62,977 bases of DNA from positions 1 to 62,977 of IMG/VR virus record IMGVR_UViG_3300022821_000003; one strand, 5' to 3'. This stretch comes from a virus (taxonomy: Duplodnaviria > Caudoviricetes). Under the pieces are notes generated by a model. That model had not been told where the DNA came from. It ran no database searches and was given only the letters and a program-made list of their open reading frames with translations. The translations under genes were made by a program, and so were the position numbers. Below are positions 59,427-62,977 of this stretch, one piece after another (within the stretch, counting starts at the first letter, position 1; every line of letters starts with the position of its first letter).

Positions 59427-61118
59427 ATGAAGATAAGAAAAGCGATATTATTGCCTGATATACATTATCCAGAGCATTCTAAATCAAGTATGAATTTAGT
59501 TAAGAAGTTTATAAAAGACTTCAAACCAGACGAGATAATATATCAAGGAGATAATCTAGATATGGATGTTATATCTCACTGGAATAAAGATAAGAAAAGA
59601 AAAGTAGAACTAAAGAGATTAAAGAATGATTACGATGGTTTTGACAGAGACATTCTAAAACCGATAGAGAGCTTAGTAGGGAAGAAAACAAAGTTTGTAT
59701 GGTTAAATGGAAATCATGAGGACTGGGCTAACCAATACTTAGACAAGAATCCAGAATTAGAAGGGATTGTAGAACCAGAAATATGTCTCAACTTAGAGAA
59801 AAGAGGATACGAGTTTATCCCATTCAACAAAATATATAAGCTTGGTAAACTTAATATCATACATGGATATTATACAAGTAAGTATCATGCAGCTAAGACT
59901 TTAGATGTATTTGGAGAAAGTGTGGCGTATGGACACTGTTTTGATGATAAAACAGAGCTACTGACAAAAGATGGCTGGAAGTACATCAAAGACGTTTCAT
60001 TGGACGAAGAGATAATAACATCGAATTTAAACAAAGATGTTTTAGAATATAACAAAATAGAAAAGATATATAAATACAATAACTATAAAAAATTAGTCAA
60101 GATAAAAAGTCGTTCATTCGACTTATTAGTCACACCAGACCATGGAGTTGTTAATTTCAATAGTAATAATGAACCTGTTCTTTTAAAGGCATCAGAGGTT
60201 ACAGACAAAAATTACGCTAAATTTAAAATTTGTGGGGAATTAAAAAGAGATGGAGTGGATTTAACAGATGATGAATTATCATTGATTGTATGGATAACAG
60301 CAGATGGATCGTTCGATGGAAGAACAGGAATAAGATTTCACTTAAAAAAGGATAGGAAAATAAAGTATTTAAGTCATTTATTGACTAAAATGGGAATAGG
60401 GTTTAGCAGCAAAAAGACAAAAATAGGAACTACAAGAATCTACTTTAATTTAGAAAGGTATAAAGACAATAAGAAAATAATACCATTATTTGATTTCAGT
60501 TCATGCAAAAAGAAAGTTCTGCCGTCAATAATCAGGGGTTGTAATTTGGAACAAGCGAAATTATTATTATATGAATATTCAATAACAGACGGATGCAGAG
60601 TAGCTTTTGGGTCATACCAACTTTCTACATCGAAAGAAGTAGAAGCAGATATATTACAAGAAGTTTTTGTCACGAATGGAATGAGATGTAATAAATTAGA
60701 GAGGATACGTGATGGAGTGCAAAATAATAGTTTTATTTTGTCGGTTAACACAAACACAAACCCAGTTGAATTTAAGACAAATAATATAGAAACTGTTGGA
60801 TATTCTGGTGATGTCATGTGTGTCACCGTTAAAAACCACACATTGTTAGTCAGACGAAACGGGAGAACATGTATAACACAGAACACACACAGTCCACAAA
60901 TGCAAGCCAAAGTCAAACCTATAGACACACAAGAATTTCATGCAGCATATGGGTTACCATGCTTAGCAGACCTAGCACCAGACTATATGCATAACAGACC
61001 CAGTGCATGGATAAATGGATTTGGAGTTGTATATATAATGCCAGACGGAACATTTAACTTATATACAATAATAATAGTTAATAATAGATTTGTTTTTAAT
61101 AACAAGCTATATAAATAA
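59427..61118 (+). CDS. Calcineurin-like metallophosphoesterase with intein
   Basis: PDIHYP, GDNLD, GNHE, HG and GH|TH motifs. Confidence 0.85.
   Translation: MKIRKAILLPDIHYPEHSKSSMNLVKKFIKDFKPDEIIYQGDNLDMDVISHWNKDKKRKVELKRLKNDYDGFDRDILKPIESLVGKKTKFVWLNGNHEDWANQYLDKNPELEGIVEPEICLNLEKRGYEFIPFNKIYKLGKLNIIHGYYTSKYHAAKTLDVFGESVAYGHCFDDKTELLTKDGWKYIKDVSLDEEIITSNLNKDVLEYNKIEKIYKYNNYKKLVKIKSRSFDLLVTPDHGVVNFNSNNEPVLLKASEVTDKNYAKFKICGELKRDGVDLTDDELSLIVWITADGSFDGRTGIRFHLKKDRKIKYLSHLLTKMGIGFSSKKTKIGTTRIYFNLERYKDNKKIIPLFDFSSCKKKVLPSIIRGCNLEQAKLLLYEYSITDGCRVAFGSYQLSTSKEVEADILQEVFVTNGMRCNKLERIRDGVQNNSFILSVNTNTNPVEFKTNNIETVGYSGDVMCVTVKNHTLLVRRNGRTCITQNTHSPQMQAKVKPIDTQEFHAAYGLPCLADLAPDYMHNRPSAWINGFGVVYIMPDGTFNLYTIIIVNNRFVFNNKLYK
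59937..60884 (+). mobile_element. Intein (316 aa) with LAGLIDADG-like endonuclease
   Basis: Starts CFDDKTELLT, has VTPDH, WITADGS and YSITDG, and ends CITQN followed by Thr. Confidence 0.9.
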
Positions 61119-62091
61119 AATGAGAAATACAGGTTTAATATTAGAGAAAGGAATTAAGGATTATATATTCCTTGGATCCAATAGCAAGATCGACAATAAA
61201 ATTATATTAGAAGATGGAGATTGGACTAATTATAAACCAATGAATGAGAAACAGTTTAACAATCTATTTGATACATGGAATTGTGTTGCATTTAGTGCAT
61301 GTAATACGATAGAAACATTCTTTAAATATCTGATAGACAACAACAAGATTAGTAATAATAACTTGGTATGGCTTAAAGATAATGGATACTTAATTAATGG
61401 AGAGGTTAATTTCAGCGATAGATTCGTTGGAGTACAATCAGGAACAAAAGTTGGTGTAGGTAATACTGGAAGTAATGTTGCAAACGCAATCCATGAATAT
61501 GGACTTGTTCCAGAGACACTATTCCCATTCCATGATGGATTATCAGAGGACGATTATTATAAAGAGTCTCCTAAAGAGATGTTAGTTTTAGGACTTGAAT
61601 TCAACAAGAGATTCACTATATTATTTGAATCGTTTTGGATAAAAGATATTGTAGATGCACTAAAGTATTCAGTTGTACAAGTATATGTATATGGATGGAA
61701 AAAGAATGAGGAAGGACTGTACGACAATAAAGATAAAAAAAGCAACCACGCAGTAGCGAGAATAAGGAGTATCACCAAACAAATATTCGATCACTATGAA
61801 CCATATATTAAATCATTAACCACTGATTATTATTATTATCCTTCTGGATATAAATACTCAGTAATAGAAAATATCAACCTTATGAATGTTGAAGATTTTA
61901 CAAAAGAAAACGACCTATTGTTTGTAAGAAACAAAGAAACAGGACAATTTGGTCGGATTATGCAAGGAGAACTTAAAGTAGTAACAACTCAAGATAGAGG
62001 TACTTTAATGCTTTTAGATGAAGCTGTTCGTAAGAATGGTAGGTCTTTAACAGAAGAAGAATGGGATTTTCTTCCTAAAAATGAATTTTAA
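61090..62091 (+). CDS. Papain-like (C1) cysteine peptidase, candidate endolysin (likely start 61120)
   Basis: Q...WNCVAFSA catalytic Cys, FSDRF, SNHAV His and FDHY. Confidence 0.6.
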   Translation: MFLITSYINKMRNTGLILEKGIKDYIFLGSNSKIDNKIILEDGDWTNYKPMNEKQFNNLFDTWNCVAFSACNTIETFFKYLIDNNKISNNNLVWLKDNGYLINGEVNFSDRFVGVQSGTKVGVGNTGSNVANAIHEYGLVPETLFPFHDGLSEDDYYKESPKEMLVLGLEFNKRFTILFESFWIKDIVDALKYSVVQVYVYGWKKNEEGLYDNKDKKSNHAVARIRSITKQIFDHYEPYIKSLTTDYYYYPSGYKYSVIENINLMNVEDFTKENDLLFVRNKETGQFGRIMQGELKVVTTQDRGTLMLLDEAVRKNGRSLTEEEWDFLPKNEF

Positions 62092-62108
62092 TAAATAATA
62101 AAAAAACT

Positions 62109-62579
62109 ATGTTTAAAAATAAATTAGGATTAACAGGACGTGTTAAACTAGAAGCACATTATGCTGATGGAAGCTTGAAATGGGCGACTGGTTGGATGAA
62201 GAATACAATTACTAATACTGGTTTAGCAGCAGTTGCTGGACTTATAGGAGATGCAGATACTCAGACAGCTTTTACTTATTTAGAGGTAGGAACAGGTTCT
62301 GCAGCAGCAGCAGCTACACAGACAGCTTTAGAGGCAGCTATCACAGACAGTGGTTTAGCAAGAGCAGCAGCAACAGTAACAAGAGAAACAACAACAGCAA
62401 CTAATGACACACTACAACTATATAAACAATGGTCTGTTAGTGGTACAAAAGTAATAGAAGAAATAGGAATCTTCAATGCAGCTTCAGCAGGGATTATGCT
62501 TGGAAGAAAGGTCACTGGGACTAAATCAGTTGATAGTGGAGAGACTCTCGCAGCAACATATCAGGTAATATTATCATAA
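62109..62579 (+). CDS. Virion structural protein
   Basis: NTITNTG, VGTG and EIGIFNAASAGIMLGR pattern common in phage tail-associated proteins. Confidence 0.6.
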   Translation: MFKNKLGLTGRVKLEAHYADGSLKWATGWMKNTITNTGLAAVAGLIGDADTQTAFTYLEVGTGSAAAAATQTALEAAITDSGLARAAATVTRETTTATNDTLQLYKQWSVSGTKVIEEIGIFNAASAGIMLGRKVTGTKSVDSGETLAATYQVILS

Positions 62580-62600
62580 CAAACTAACTAATAAAAATAT

Positions 62601-62977
62601 ATGGCAACACAATTACCCATATCCTCAAGCCAGTTAAATAGCCCCGATCACTCAAAACTTCATAGAGTGATTGCTTCTGATTCAGCAGCAACGGATGAAC
62701 AGTTTGTTATAGATGGAGATGATGCAATACAAGTCAAGCAGATAGATACTCCAGGAACAGTCCCTGCTTCTGGAAGTAATCAATTATATTTCAAATCAGA
62801 CGATAAGATATATAAGAGAAATAATAGTGGGACTGAAGAAGAGGTAGGAGCAGGCGATGTAACTAAAGTAGGAACACCACTAGACAATCAAATAGGAATA
62901 TGGACTGGAGACGGAACGATTGAGGGAATACCTGGACTTTCTTACACACCAGGAGCAAATCCCCTGCTAGAGGTATC
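62601..62977 (+). CDS. 5' part of the tail fibre gene continuing at the window start
   Basis: Open frame MATQLPISSS... with no stop to the window end; in frame with 276..2438 after circularisation. Confidence 0.8.
   Translation, partial: MATQLPISSSQLNSPDHSKLHRVIASDSAATDEQFVIDGDDAIQVKQIDTPGTVPASGSNQLYFKSDDKIYKRNNSGTEEEVGAGDVTKVGTPLDNQIGIWTGDGTIEGIPGLSYTPGANPLLEV
62851..62977. repeat. Terminal direct repeat / assembly overlap (copy 2)
   Basis: Identical to 1-127. Confidence 0.95.

Overview
This window is an apparently complete, circularly assembled ~62,850-bp AT-rich tailed phage genome. Bases 1-127 are identical to 62851-62977, and a tail-fibre gene reads through that junction. The architecture is podovirus-like, with two arms. 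The + strand morphogenesis arm (43.3 kb to the end, continuing 1-18.0 kb) has TerS, a split TerL with an intein, GroES/GroEL, portal, scaffold, a major capsid gene broken by three group I introns, lysis-type genes, tail genes and three large ejection-type proteins. The - strand early/middle arm (18.1-42.5 kb) has small genes, two DNA methyltransferases, a split PNKP and tRNAs. No DNA polymerase, helicase, integrase, reverse transcriptase or CRISPR array was recognised. Four observations stand out. (1) A complete phage-encoded ubiquitin-like cassette (Ubl ending GG-LL, E2-like, JAB, E1) sits among ten small proteins, several with unrelated N-termini, that share a C-terminal YNxxC[FH]x[YF][DE] tag; these are candidate adaptors or E3-like subunits. 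(2) A tRNA-fMet is interrupted in its anticodon by a 429-nt insert that encodes an I-Ssp6803I-like nuclease, has no group I ribozyme and is closed by a 16-bp terminal stem. (3) The capsid gene has three introns with different homing endonucleases and can be reconstructed as 408 aa. (4) A 14-bp motif is repeated 12 times, mostly just upstream of early-gene starts. All family assignments come from motif recognition by eye, not from database searches.
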